A stretch of 64,000 nt of DNA from Gammaproteobacteria bacterium (GCA_965277715.1 OZ255836.1:288001-352000); one strand, 5' to 3'. Shown: positions 43,790-55,152, counted from the first letter of the stretch. Translations and numbers: made by a program. Notes: generated by a model from the sequence alone, not told the origin.

Positions 43790-44000
43790 GAGGCTACGTA
43801 ACTAACTTTCTTGAGGCAACATAATGGGAGTAACGGAACTTCCGTACGGCTGCAATAGTAAATAGTGTTGTCGGTATATCGTGCGCGGTAAAGTGCATCA
43901 TAGTGCAATGGCACTAAGTTAAGCGGTTTTAGTGGGTAAAATAAACGAAAAAATAACTGTAATAGACCCAATAAAACAGGCTGAAATGTTATAATTTTGT

Positions 44001-45085
44001 ATGAAAAATACAACCTTATTTCTACCCGGATTTAACATCCAAACACTACGCAAAACACCCCGTTCAGCCATTCAAATCTTGCACGATAAGATAGCAAAAA
44101 TACGTCACAAATCACTGAGTGAACTATCTGTTTTTCTTGGCGATATCATACCCACGAATATTCTTAAACCGAATGATTGTGGTGTGAATAGTCGTCGACG
44201 TATTTTCAGTAAAGAAAATACTTTCTGGTTGTTTTTTTCACAAATAATAAACGCCGATGGTGGCTGTAAAGAAGTCGTTAGACAATTGCAAAATGTCGCC
44301 CACAACCAAGGCATTCCCATACCTTCATCATCCACCTCCGCCTATTGCCAAGCACGTAAAAAACTACCCATGGACGATCTTAAAAACGTATTTTCAGGGA
44401 CGTGTCGATTATCGCCACCTCAACCCAAAGCGCTCCAAGGTCGACCGGTTATCGTTGCCGATGGGACAGGCCTATCCATGCCCGATACGCCCGCGAATCA
44501 ACAAACTTACCCACAACCGAAATCACAAAAACAGGGATGCGGATTTCCTCAAGCACGGCTTTTAGCTTGTTTTAATCTTTATAGCGGTTTAATTCTGAGA
44601 TATGCACTAGGAAATAAAAAAAGTCATGAGCTAAGACTTTTAGAAGAACAATGGGATACCTTCAATGAAGGTGACATTTTCTTAGGTGATAAAGGTTTTT
44701 GCAGCTTCTACGATATTGACTGCCTCTCTCGACGAACGGTTGACAGTGTCGTTACATTGGCGCGGAGAACGCCCAGCACTGCCTCCCAGGCCAAAAAGAA
44801 GATAGCCGATAATGACCTTCATATTGAATGGCAAAAACCTAAACACACAAAAGCGACCCGTTACACAAAAGAGCAGCATAGCGACCTTCCAAAGACCTTA
44901 ACTTTACGACAAATACACGTCAGTATTGTACGAAAAGGATTTAGGACGAGCCATTTTTATATCATCACGACACTACTTGATGCTCAGCAATATCCCGCTA
45001 TAGAAATTATCGACCTCTATGCACAGCGCTGAAATGTGGAACTGTATTTTCGCGATATTAAAACCACCATGGGTATGGATATATT
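44001..45085 (+). pseudogene. IS4-family transposase, nonsense codon plus IS66 interruption
   Basis: SAYCQAR, ADGT, LGDKGF, YAQR*NVELYFRDIK (TGA at the conserved Trp). Confidence 0.88.
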
Positions 45086-45172
45086 GTAAGCGCCAAAGAA
45101 TAGACGTCTAGCAATTACTCGGGTTGGTCCTCACACTGCACCACAGCAACCCAATACCCGCATAGGTGTAAT

Positions 45173-45490
45173 ATGAGTAATAAAGAACGTGCGTTGTACT
45201 GGCGCAATCAAATTGAACAATGGCAAGCATCCGGTTTGAGTGGTGCGCAGTTTTGCCAGGATAACGGCATCAACTTGAAGCAGTTTTACTATTGGAACCG
45301 AAAATGTTCTCGTAAAACTATTCAATCAAGACAGAATAAAACCCCTTTGGCAGGCTTTGCTAATATCGTAGTGGCCGACACCCAAAGGGCTGATCCGGGT
45401 TTGTGTTTTAAGCTGGCCAATGGCTGTGCCATTTCTGGCATTACCGCCGCTAACGTGACGTTAGTTGGCGCGTTACTGGCGCAGTTATGA
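45173..45490 (+). CDS. tnpA: IS66 accessory protein TnpA
   Basis: WQASGLSGAQFC..FYYW HTH. Confidence 0.9.
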   Translation: MSNKERALYWRNQIEQWQASGLSGAQFCQDNGINLKQFYYWNRKCSRKTIQSRQNKTPLAGFANIVVADTQRADPGLCFKLANGCAISGITAANVTLVGALLAQL

Positions 45491-45855
45491 CGGCCCGTTA
45501 TTTACGGCCATCGCTCGATATTCCAAAGGTGTTTTTATACCGAGAGGCGGTGGACTTTCGTAAGCAAAGCAATGGCCTTGCGGCCATTGTTGAGCGAGAG
45601 CTGGGTCACAACCTGTTTGAGGGTGGCTTATACGTGTTCACCAACCGCCACCGCAACAAAATCAAGTGTCTGATGTGGGAGGACAACGGCTTTGTACTGT
45701 ATTACAAAGCCTTGGCCGAAGAGCAGTTTAAGTGGCCTGACCTCGATGAGGAAATCATTTCACTGACCGGCACACAAATAAATTGGTTGCTTGATGGCTA
45801 TGATTTAGCCGCAATGAAAGGCCACAAAGTATTGCATTACGAATCTGTTTTTTAG
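45487..45855 (+). CDS. tnpB: IS66 accessory protein TnpB
   Basis: VDFRKQSNGL, LYVFTNR, FKWP. Confidence 0.93.
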   Translation: MTARYLRPSLDIPKVFLYREAVDFRKQSNGLAAIVERELGHNLFEGGLYVFTNRHRNKIKCLMWEDNGFVLYYKALAEEQFKWPDLDEEIISLTGTQINWLLDGYDLAAMKGHKVLHYESVF

Positions 45856-45922
45856 CCTGCTAAAGGGTGAAAAAGTGTTTAATTTTAATGATCTTTAGAC
45901 AGCTATTTGGTATTATTACGCG

Positions 45923-47551
45923 ATGGTTTTGGCATCGGAAATTCAACAAAAACAACACGATTACATCGGCTTAACGGCTGCTGAATTAGTGACCGTGCTG
46001 GCAGAAAAAGAAGCCGAATTAGCGCACCATAACCAAATTATTCAACGTCATAAAAACACTATTCGACGTCACACAAATACCATTAAAAACCGCGATCACT
46101 ACATTCGTTTGCTGGAAGAACGGTTGCGTCTTTCCAAGGTTCAGAGGTTCGGTGCTAACAGCGAAAAGCTTGCCTTTCAGATCGATTTGTTTGATGAAGC
46201 AGAGCTCGAACAAGCCATTGTCGACATTGATAGCCAGCTACCGGATGAGTTGCTACCTCAGCCTACGACCACGAACAAGAAAAAACGTCAACGCGGCTTC
46301 TCCAACCGTTTACCCCGTGTGCGCGTTGAGCTGGCCTTAAGCGATGAGGAAAAAGCAGGTGCTACACGTACTTTCTTCGTTAAAGTCAAAGAAGAACTCC
46401 AATACATTCCCGCACAACTCAACGTTTTGGAGTACTGGCAAGAAAAGGCCGTCTTCAGCTACGCAGGTGATGACCACATCATCGCCGCGCAACGACCCAT
46501 ACACCCTTTAGGTAAGTGCTTTGCCAGCACGGCCTTGCTCGCCAACATCATGGTGTCCAAATACGCCGATGGGTTGCCCTTGTATCGCCAGGAAAGCATT
46601 TTAAAGCGTTATGGACATGCCGTGAGCCGCACCAACATGGCCAACTGGATGATTCGCCTGGAAGCGGTTTTTAAACCCCTGATGACCTTGCTGCGGGAAA
46701 GTCAAAATGACGGTGATTATGTGCAAATGGACGAAACACGTATCCAGGTACTCAAAGAAAATGGCAAAACCGCCCAATCCGATAAATGGATGTGGCTAAC
46801 GCGGAGTGGCCCTCCAGACCAGCCCAGTGTGTTGTTTGAATACGACCCCTCTCGTTCGGGTGAAGTGCCGCAACGCTTACTGGAAGGTTTTCAAGGCATT
46901 CTGCAAGTCGATGGCTATGCGGGTTACCAGCCGGTGTGCGAACAGCAAAACCTAACACGTATCGGTTGCTGGGATCATGTGCGCCGAAAATTCATTGATG
47001 CCATTAAAGCCGCCGATAAAGCAAACACGAAAAACCCCCGTGCCTCGAAAGCCGATGTCGCCATCGGTAAAATCCGCAAGCTTTATCTCATTGAGAAAAA
47101 GATACAAGCGCTTGAACCCGCAGAAAAACAAAGGTTTCGCCAAGCACTTAGCCAACCGGTGTTGGAAGACTTCAAACAATGGCTGGATAAGCATATTACT
47201 AAGGTGGCTAAAAAGTCCCTTACTCGTAACGCCATGGACTATGCACTGAATCAATGGCATACCCTCACAGGCTACTGTGATGATGGACGGTTACACATCA
47301 GCAACGTGCTGGCTGAAAATGCCATTAGGCCTTTTGCCGTGGGTAGAAAAGCCTGGTTGTTTGCCGATTCAACCCGTGGCGCCCATGCCAGTGCCACATG
47401 TTACTCATTGATCGAAACGGCCAAAGCTAATGGGCTTGAACCCTATGCGTACATACTATACGTCCTTAACCATATCGGTGACGCCGATACTTTAGAGAAG
47501 ATAGAGACCTTGCTGCCTTGGAATGTCGTTTTGGACATTACGGGGGAATAG
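45923..47551 (+). CDS. tnpC: IS66 DDE transposase TnpC
   Basis: KYADGLPLYRQ, MDET, VDGYAGY, CWDHVRRKF, NVLAENAIR, LLPW. Confidence 0.95.
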   Translation: MVLASEIQQKQHDYIGLTAAELVTVLAEKEAELAHHNQIIQRHKNTIRRHTNTIKNRDHYIRLLEERLRLSKVQRFGANSEKLAFQIDLFDEAELEQAIVDIDSQLPDELLPQPTTTNKKKRQRGFSNRLPRVRVELALSDEEKAGATRTFFVKVKEELQYIPAQLNVLEYWQEKAVFSYAGDDHIIAAQRPIHPLGKCFASTALLANIMVSKYADGLPLYRQESILKRYGHAVSRTNMANWMIRLEAVFKPLMTLLRESQNDGDYVQMDETRIQVLKENGKTAQSDKWMWLTRSGPPDQPSVLFEYDPSRSGEVPQRLLEGFQGILQVDGYAGYQPVCEQQNLTRIGCWDHVRRKFIDAIKAADKANTKNPRASKADVAIGKIRKLYLIEKKIQALEPAEKQRFRQALSQPVLEDFKQWLDKHITKVAKKSLTRNAMDYALNQWHTLTGYCDDGRLHISNVLAENAIRPFAVGRKAWLFADSTRGAHASATCYSLIETAKANGLEPYAYILYVLNHIGDADTLEKIETLLPWNVVLDITGE

Positions 47552-47573
47552 AGGCTGGTTTAAGGGCGCTTAC

Positions 47574-47843
47574 AAACAATGGCTGGATAAGCATATTACT
47601 AAGGTGGCTAAAAAGTCCCTTACTCGTAACGCCATGGACTATGCACTGAATCAATGGCATACCCCCACAAGCTACTGTGATGATGGACGGTTACACATCA
47701 GCAACGTGCTGGCTGAAAATGCCATTAGGCCTTTTGCCGTGGGTAGAAAAGCCTGGTTGTTTGCCGATTCAACCCGTGGCGCCCATGCCAGTGCCACATG
47801 TTACTCATTGATCGAAACGGCCAAAGCTAATGGGCTTGAACCC
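47574..47843 (+). repeat. Duplicated internal tnpC segment (copy of 47174-47443)
   Basis: Near-identical 270-bp sequence directly after the IS66 right end. Confidence 0.9.
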
Positions 47844-49371
47844 AATACCGCTACCTCAGGTTTAACCCAATGAATCTTTTAGTCTCTGAGAGGCCTTGAT
47901 ACGAGGTTCAGTTAACCGTGGGTAGGCTTTTGGTCGTCGTTTAATTGCCCTTGGTTGGGGTGATCGTTTTCTCCTGCCAATTAACGTTGAAGCGATCATT
48001 TTTAATAAGGAAGTGTACGCTTTTTGTATCATACTGGATGTTGAATGGATGAATTTAATATGAGCAATACCCAGTAGCTGTACCGTTGCCTTAAAACTTA
48101 TTTGACGTGCTATTTCACCCTCTGTTTTTGCTGACTCTGCCATGCTACCCCGAATCAGGTTATAAGCCATAAAGGTTGTTGCTATTTCTTTTTCAACCAT
48201 CTCGGGTGAATGGCATCGCAACATATCCATTTTCAAATCTGTTTTAATTGTACGAAAATCCAATTCAACTTTCCAACGTTCCTTATACAGTGTTGAAAGC
48301 TCTTTCTTAGGGTAAGTATCAACCTCCAACAAAGTGCTAACATAGACTGTCCCATCCACTGAAAATTCTCGAACTGTCAGTGTTTTCGGCAATAGATCAA
48401 AGTCTGATTGCGACATCCAAACCGGTTTTCTTTTAGGTTTTTCCCACTCGATAAGATGATCTTTTGCACCAAGCGTTAACCCTGTTTTGTAATCCGCTTT
48501 CTTTTGTGCGTGATTCATTGAGACGAATGCAACCCCTTTCGATTGTAGAGCCGCTAAGACAGCATAAGTACAGTAATAGCGGTCTGCCAGTAACAGATCA
48601 TTGGCGGTTAATGACGTCATCAGGGTACTGAATAATGACATTTCCCCTGTTCCCTTTCCTTGATACTCTCCCATCGCATAATCAATAATAGCACCAGAAC
48701 TTAAAGAAATGAGTCCGACTATTCGAGCAATAGGAAAACCTAAACCCGGTTTTTGAGTCTGTTGCTGGGGGTATTTATGTTGATTTTTCTGGGTATCAGG
48801 CATGAGAACAGTGGTTCCATCCACAAGCACCACATTATACCCTTTCCATGTCCAAATTTTACCTGCTCTGGCATGTAACGTTGAACCGATTGAACGTACC
48901 TCCTGAAGTACCCACGACAGAGATAAACGTTGACGGGCTTTACAGTAAGGACCGCTATTAAAAGAACTTGGAAGCAGGTTTTCCTGTAAACGATCAACTA
49001 GCAGACGGGCGACTGTTTCTTTACAACTGCCATTATCACTTAACACCTGCCAGAGAAATAAACGCAGTGTAACAAGTGGGGTGAATACCCGGTCTCGATA
49101 GCTGCCCGATAGTTCGCTTAGGTCGTTTAGACGCTTGGAACAGAGTAAATTATTAAAGTCTCCTGTGTCTAACTGAAAAAAAACACGTTTGATCGTTTTA
49201 ATTTGCTGTCGGATAGTGAATTTCATAGAATAGGTCAGCGTTAGGTTTTTTGGCGAAGTACTTGTGTGTTTTGTCGCTTACAAGGATACTTCAAAAGGAA
49301 ACCTAACGTTACCCATCTATATGACTTTTAACGTTATTTTAGTTCTTCACCAAGCTGAGGTAGCGGTATTG
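47843..49371 (-). mobile_element. IS4-family element, intact copy 1 (transposase 49226-47862)
   Basis: 17-bp IRs CAATACCGCTACCTCAG / CTGAGGTAGCGGTATTG; VDGT, ADRYY, YKERWKVELDFRTIK. Confidence 0.95.
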
Positions 49372-49382
49372 GGGTCTGAGCA

Positions 49383-52300
49383 CAATACCGCTACCTCAGG
49401 TTTAACCCAATGAATCTTTTAGCCTCTGAGACCCCCTGTGTCAGGCTAGTTGTCCCCCTCCCTAAATTGGGATTCAATAAGTTATTACAGGAGGCAAAGA
49501 GAGAGATATGGGTTATCCAATAGAAAGAAAGGCCGCTGTTTTAAAGAAGATGCTGCCGCCGAACAATCAGACAATTTCCCGGTTAGCCAAAGAAGAAGGC
49601 ATTGCACAAGGTACGCTTTATAGTTGGCGAGCCCAAGCAAGAGCGAAAGGCGAACTCATGCCAGATGGCGATTTGACACCAGCAGGTTGGGGTTCTTCGG
49701 ATAAGTTTGCAGCGGTTCTGGAAAGTGCGTCATTAAGCGAAACAGACCTTTCAGCTTATTGCCGTCATCGTGGTTTGTACCCTGATCAGATTAAGGCATG
49801 GCGAATGGCTTGTGAACAAGCCAATGACTGGGATCGCGCCCAAACGAAACGTTTACAAACCAGTCGTAGAGAAGCGGATAAACGTATTAAACGTCTCGAA
49901 CAAGACCTGCACCGAAAGGAGAAAGCGTTAGCCGAAACAGCCGCTTTGCTGGTGCTTAGAAAAAAGGCCCAAGCGATCTGGGGGGAGGTAGAGGACGAAT
50001 GACCTGCCATTCAGATCGCCAAAATAGTATCCGTTTAATCAAAGAGGCCGTTGTCGCTGGCGCTACATTAAGCAAAGCGTGCAAAGTGCTTGAGTGACAC
50101 CCTAAGACGTACCGACGCTGGGCAAACGCGGGTACTGTCCGTGCTGATGGCAGACCCACTGCCCATCGACAGGCGCCTAGTAATAAGTTCACAACAGAAG
50201 AGCGGGCATTGATCGTCACCACTTGTAATGAAGCGAAATACCAAGCGCTACCCCCCTCGCAAATTGTGCCCAAATTGGCGGATGAAGGTGTGTATATTGG
50301 GTCAGAGTCAAGCTTCTATCGGGTGTTAAAGTCGGAAAACCAACTGCAGCGGCGAGGTAAGGCGGCGGCGCCTAAAAAACGGCACAAACCTAACAGCTAC
50401 CTGGCATCAAGGCCAAACGAGGTGTGGTCTTGGGATATTACCTTTTTGAAATCGAACATAACCGGGTGGTTTTACCGGCTTTACATGATGATGGATATTT
50501 ACAGTCGTAAAATTGTTGCCTGGGAAGTGCATGACAGTGAATCGGCTGATCTGGCAGCGGCGCTGATCCAGCGTGCCTGTTTAGCGGAGGGGTGCAGCCA
50601 AAGTCAATTGGTATTACACGCGGATAATGGTGGCCCGATGAAAGGTGCTACCATGTTAGCAAAACTGCAATGGTTGGGTGTGATACCTTCGTTTAGCAGG
50701 CCATCGGTAAGCGATGATAATCCTTATTCAGAAAGTCTGTTTAGAACCTTAAAATACACGCCTGCCTATCCGTCAAAGCCATTTGATAGTTTAGCCTCTG
50801 CCCGAAACTGGGTGCATGGATTTGTGCAATGGTACAACGGCTCTCATTGCCATAGCGGCATTGGGTTTGTGACACCAACCTCACGTCATAAAGGCGAAGA
50901 CCACGCGATACTGGCAGCCAGAAAAGCAGTTTATGAACAAGCAAAGGCCAAACACCCTGAACGCTGGAGTCAGGATATTAAACACCTCGAACCGGTATCG
51001 GGGGTGTGGTTAAACCCGGAAAAGGAAGGCTTGACCATGAGACAAAAGCACAATGGAATTGAAAAGCAAGTAGCATAGTAAAACGGACAACTACCTTGAC
51101 AAACACCGGAGAGGCCTTGATACGAGGTTCAGTTAACAGTGGGTAGGCTTTTGGTCGTCGTTTAATTGCCCTTGGTTGGGGTGATCGTTTTCTCCTGCCA
51201 ATTAACGTTGAAGCGATTATCCTTAATAAGGAAGTGTACGCTTTTTGTATCATACTGGATGTTGAATGGATGAATTTAATATGAGCAATACCCAGTAGCT
51301 GTACCGTTGCCTTAAAACTTATTTGACGTGCTACTTCACCCTCTGTTTTTGCTGACTCTGCCATACTACCCCGAATCAGGTTATAAGCCATAAAGGTTGT
51401 TGCTATTTCTTTTTCAACCATCTCGGGTGAATGGCATCGCAACATATCCATTTTCAAATCTGTTTTAATTGTACGAAAATCCAATTCAACTTTCCAACGT
51501 TCCTTATACAGTGTTGAAAGCTCTTTCTTAGGGTAAGTATCAACCTCCAACAAAGTGCTAACATAGACTGTCCCATCCACTGAAAATTCTCGAACTGTCA
51601 GTGTTTTCGGCAATAGATCAAAGTCTGATTGCGACATCCAAACCGGTTTTCTTTTAGGTTTTTTCCACTCGATAAGATGATCTTTTGCACCAAGCGTTAA
51701 CCCTGTTTTGTAATCCGCTTTCTTTTGTGCGTGATTCATTGAGACGAATGCAACCCCTTTCGATTGTAGAGCCGCTAAGACAGCATAAGTACAGTAATAG
51801 CGGTCTGCCAGTAACAGATCATTGGCGGTTAATGACGTCATCAGGGTACTGAATAATGACATTTCCCCTGTTCCCTTTCCTTGATACTCTCCCATCGCAT
51901 AATCAATAATAGCACCAGAACTTAAAGAAATGAGTCCGACTATTCGAGCAATAGGAAAACCTAAACCCGGTTTTTGAGTCTGTTGCTGGGGGTATTTATG
52001 TTGATTTTTCTGGGTATCAGGCATGAGAACAGTGGTTCCATCCACAAGCACCACATTATACCCTTTCCATGTCCAAATTTTACCTGCTCTGGCATGTAAC
52101 GTTGAACCGATTGAACGTACCTCCTGAAGTACCCACGACAGAGATAAACGTTGACGGGCTTTACAGTAAGGACCGCTATTAAAAGAACTTGGAAGCAGGT
52201 TTTCCTGTAAACGATCAACTAGCAGACGGGCGACTGTTTCTTTACAACTGCCATTATCACTTAACACCTGCCAGAGAAATAAACGCAGTGTAACAAGTGG

Positions 52301-52592
52301 GGTGAATACCCGGTCTCGATAGCTGCCCGATAGTTCGCTTAGGTCGTTTAGACGCTTGGAACAGAGTAAATTATTAAAGTCTCCTGTGTCTAACTGAAAA
52401 AAAACACGTTTGATCGTTTTAATTTGCTGTCGGATAGTGAATTTCATAGAATAGGTCAGCGTTAGGTTTTTTGGCGAAGTACTTGTGTGTTTTGTCGCTT
52501 ACAAGGATACTTCAAAAGGAAACCTAACGTTACCCATCTATATGACTTTTAACGTTATTTTAGTTCTTCACCAGGCTGAGGTAGCGGTATTG
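49383..52592 (-). mobile_element. IS4-family element, copy 2, interrupted near the transposase 3' end by IS3
   Basis: Same IRs at 49383 and 52576-52592; transposase from 52447 near-identical to copy 1. Confidence 0.93.
49432..51108 (+). mobile_element. IS3-family element (orfA 49508-50002; orfB 49999-51078 with early TGA)
   Basis: Imperfect 24-bp IRs, 4-bp TSD GAGA, WSWDIT, HADNG, DNPYSESLF. Confidence 0.92.
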
Positions 52593-52599
52593 GTGCTAG

Positions 52600-53451
52600 G
52601 GCCTGTTGACGTTTGGCTATAAGCTTTTGAAACAAAAGGCAAACTCGTATCATTGGATGTGATAAAAACAACAAATACGAGTTTGCCATGCCCCGATTAT
52701 TGCTCAACGATGAGTATTGGTCGAAGCTACGGAGTATCATGCTTAAAGAAGGCATTTATGACAAGCCGAAGTTACGGTTAGTCGTTGAAGGAATTCTTTA
52801 TCGATTGCGTGTGGGGTGTCCGTGGCGAGATTTACCGGCGTCATTTGGTGACTGGAATAGCGTTTATAAACGCTTCAATGACTGGTCATCAAAAGGCAAG
52901 TTAATGAACATTTTCCATGTGCTTGTCGAAGAACCCGATCAAGAATGGGCATTTATTGATGGAAGTATTGTGAAGGCACACCAACATAGCGCAGGGGCTA
53001 GAGGGCATGAAAATCAAGCCATTGGCAACAGTCGAGGCGGGAAAACAACGAAAACACACATGATTGTAGATGGGTTTGGGTTGCCCGTATTATTTGACAT
53101 CACTGCTGGGCAGGTTAATGACTCCACAGCGGCTCCTGAATTGATTGATGCCTTGCCAAAAAGCGAGTATGTGGTGGCTGACAAAGGGTATGACAGCGAG
53201 GCGTTACGCCATCAGATCAGACAGAAAAAATCAGTTCCGGTTATTCCACGGCGAAGCAACTCAAAAATAGGCAATGAGGATATCGACTGGTGTTTATACA
53301 AATACCGACACCTGGTTGAAAATGTGTTTGCTCAATTGAAGCATTTTCGATCGATTGCCACCCGATATGATAAGTTGAAGCGGAATTATCGGAGCATGCT
53401 CGCCTTGGCATGCTCCTTTCTTTGGTTATCCATGTGAAACGTCAACAGGCC
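52600..53451 (+). mobile_element. IS5-family element, intact (transposase 52688-53437)
   Basis: IRs GGCCTGTTGACGTTT / AAACGTCAACAGGCC, CTAG on both sides; GCPWRDLP, IDG, ADKGYD, IATRYDK. Confidence 0.95.
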
Positions 53452-53524
53452 CTAGGTCTTGTCGTGAAACTTAGACAACTTGAAAGAGGTTTATCTTTAC
53501 ATTTATTCCTTTTATTTCAATGCT

Positions 53525-54139
53525 TTAATTTATTTTTGTCCTGTACAGAGCAAGATTCGTCAGGTCTTCCTCTAAAAGCAACCGTACTCTTTCAATTTGC
53601 CTGGTTAACGCCGACACCAGCTCCAGGGCTAAAGTGGTAAACCTGTGTTTGCGGCCCTTGCCATTCCAGATACGAAGCTGTAACAAATCCATATCAACAT
53701 CATGTACACGTAAACGTACAGATTCCATGCGACGTAACCCAGACCCATATAGGATACCGATTATTAGTTTGTATTTAGGGTCAACATGTTTAAGTAGACG
53801 GCTGACTTCACTTTGTGTACGCACCACGGGTAGTTTTGCCTGGCGACTTGCACGTTTAAATTCCACCATTTCTCCCAAAGGCTGTTCGAGAAAGCGGTTG
53901 TACAAAAATACCAGCGCATTCAGCGCCACCTGCTGCGTGGCAATAGCAATCGTGCGGTTGATGGCCAAGCGCGACAAAAAACGGACGACATCTTGCTCTC
54001 CCATTTCCTGAGGGTGTCGGTTGTGGTGGAAACGAATATAGGAACGAATCCAGGTGATATAAGCCGAGATTGTGCGCTTACTGTAATGCCGCACCAACAT
54101 GAACTCGTAAAGAGACTACAAAAAGGGCGACTTGTACAC
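53525..54139 (-). pseudogene. intI: Integron integrase IntI, inactivated
   Basis: HYSKRT..Y..WI, HPQEMG, TQQVALNALVFLY, LPVV, YGSGLR, GKGRKHR; GTG start with RBS, TAG at codon 8, homology ends near 53551 before the HxxR and catalytic Tyr; divergent from the cassette array. Confidence 0.93.
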
Positions 54140-54342
54140 GTATAAATCCTTGTAAAGCAGAGAGTGTTATATGATAATCCAAAACCAAAGGTTTAGGGAG
54201 TCGTTCCAGCATTTTTTTGTCTGTTATTTGCGATTTTCGTAGGGTTTTGTCATGTTAATTAATACTTTAGTGTGTCTTTATGAACTCAGTCTCGCGAAAT
54301 TATCGCGATTCCACATAATATTGTTATCGAGGATTCGTTCCT

Positions 54343-54361
54343 CGATAACAGGCTGTTAGCA
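54343..54361 (+). other. Putative attI simple site (L CGATAAC, 5-bp spacer, R GTTAGCA)
   Basis: GTTAGCA is complementary to the first attC R'' (TGCTAAC); located between intI and cassette 1. Confidence 0.7.
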
Positions 54362-54368
54362 TCAATAA

Positions 54369-55058
54369 ATGGCAGACAACGCGATGGCAGAAGGTACAAA
54401 TGGGAAGCTGTGGGCAGTCATTCTGACCGGTGCATTCGCTCTTGCGGGTACAGTAGTAGGTGGATGGCTAGAAGCACAATCCAAAATAAGCCTTGAAAGG
54501 ACAAAATTAGATTCAAGCATTATTTCTCTTGCCTTGTCCCAAAAAACAAAACAAGAACGCCAAGACTTTTTAGAGTTTCTAGTGGATACAAATTTAATCA
54601 AAGATGATGCCACTAAAGAAGGCCTAAGGGGCTATTTTGGAGGGCCAGAAGCAAAATCGCCTCCTTTTTTAGCGCCTGAAACCAACACTCCTCTTACTAA
54701 GCGAACTTCAGAAAACACTCAAAACACGGATATAGATTTCTTTGTCTGCGCAAAAGACCTCGAGAATCCCGACATTATCAATCTAGCAAGAAAGTCGCAT
54801 GCTGCAATTTCAAGCGCCGGTGATTTCGGTGAAAGTATCTACAAAGAATGGGGAGGAGATCTTTATAAAGAAGTTGCAGAGGGTGAATTAAAAGGGAAAG
54901 TAACTGTAATAATGGACTTCGACCATCCGGAATATGGTGAGAGGCAAAAAATTGAAAAACGCTTAAAAAGCGTTTCTAACCAATTGCCTGTATTTTTCCT
55001 GGACAATAGGGTAGAACTTAGCCCCTGGAGAGTCAGCGTAGTTTTTTGTGCGAGCTAA
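54369..55058 (+). CDS. Cassette 1: hypothetical protein with N-terminal TM helix
   Basis: 229-aa ORF filling the cassette. Confidence 0.8.
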   Translation: MADNAMAEGTNGKLWAVILTGAFALAGTVVGGWLEAQSKISLERTKLDSSIISLALSQKTKQERQDFLEFLVDTNLIKDDATKEGLRGYFGGPEAKSPPFLAPETNTPLTKRTSENTQNTDIDFFVCAKDLENPDIINLARKSHAAISSAGDFGESIYKEWGGDLYKEVAEGELKGKVTVIMDFDHPEYGERQKIEKRLKSVSNQLPVFFLDNRVELSPWRVSVVFCAS

Positions 55059-55061
55059 AGA

Positions 55062-55134
55062 TGCTAACAATCACATCCAGCCGACCCGAAAACCGCTGCG
55101 CGGTTTTCGGGTCGGCTGATGTGAAGCGTTAGGT
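55062..55134 (+). other. attC1 (73 bp)
   Basis: TGCTAAC...CCGACCCGAAAACC/GGTTTTCGGGTCGG...GTTAGGT. Confidence 0.95.
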
Positions 55135-55152
55135 GAAACTTAGGCTATTCCC

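Larger units (their letters stand above)
45086..47573 (+). mobile_element. IS66-family element
   Basis: Ends GTAAGCGCC / GGCGCTTAC; tnpA-tnpB-tnpC organisation. Confidence 0.95.

Noticed and set aside
47523-47873. 116-aa ORF as an independent gene
   Set aside because: It is a chimera across the IS66 right end and the duplicated tnpC fragment.
10231-50100. Several in-frame TGA codons in transposases (two at Trp positions), suggesting TGA recoding
   Set aside because: Core genes (fliF, fliJ, tolQ, tolR, ruvB) end correctly at TGA, and sister IS copies have TGG or TTA at the positions that can be compared; these are ordinary nonsense mutations.
50978-52447. 489-aa ORF as a distinct longer transposase
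   Set aside because: The extra C-terminus is read-through into the antisense strand of the inserted IS3 end.
54140-54300. LexA box controlling intI
   Set aside because: No CTGT-N8-ACAG match found by eye.
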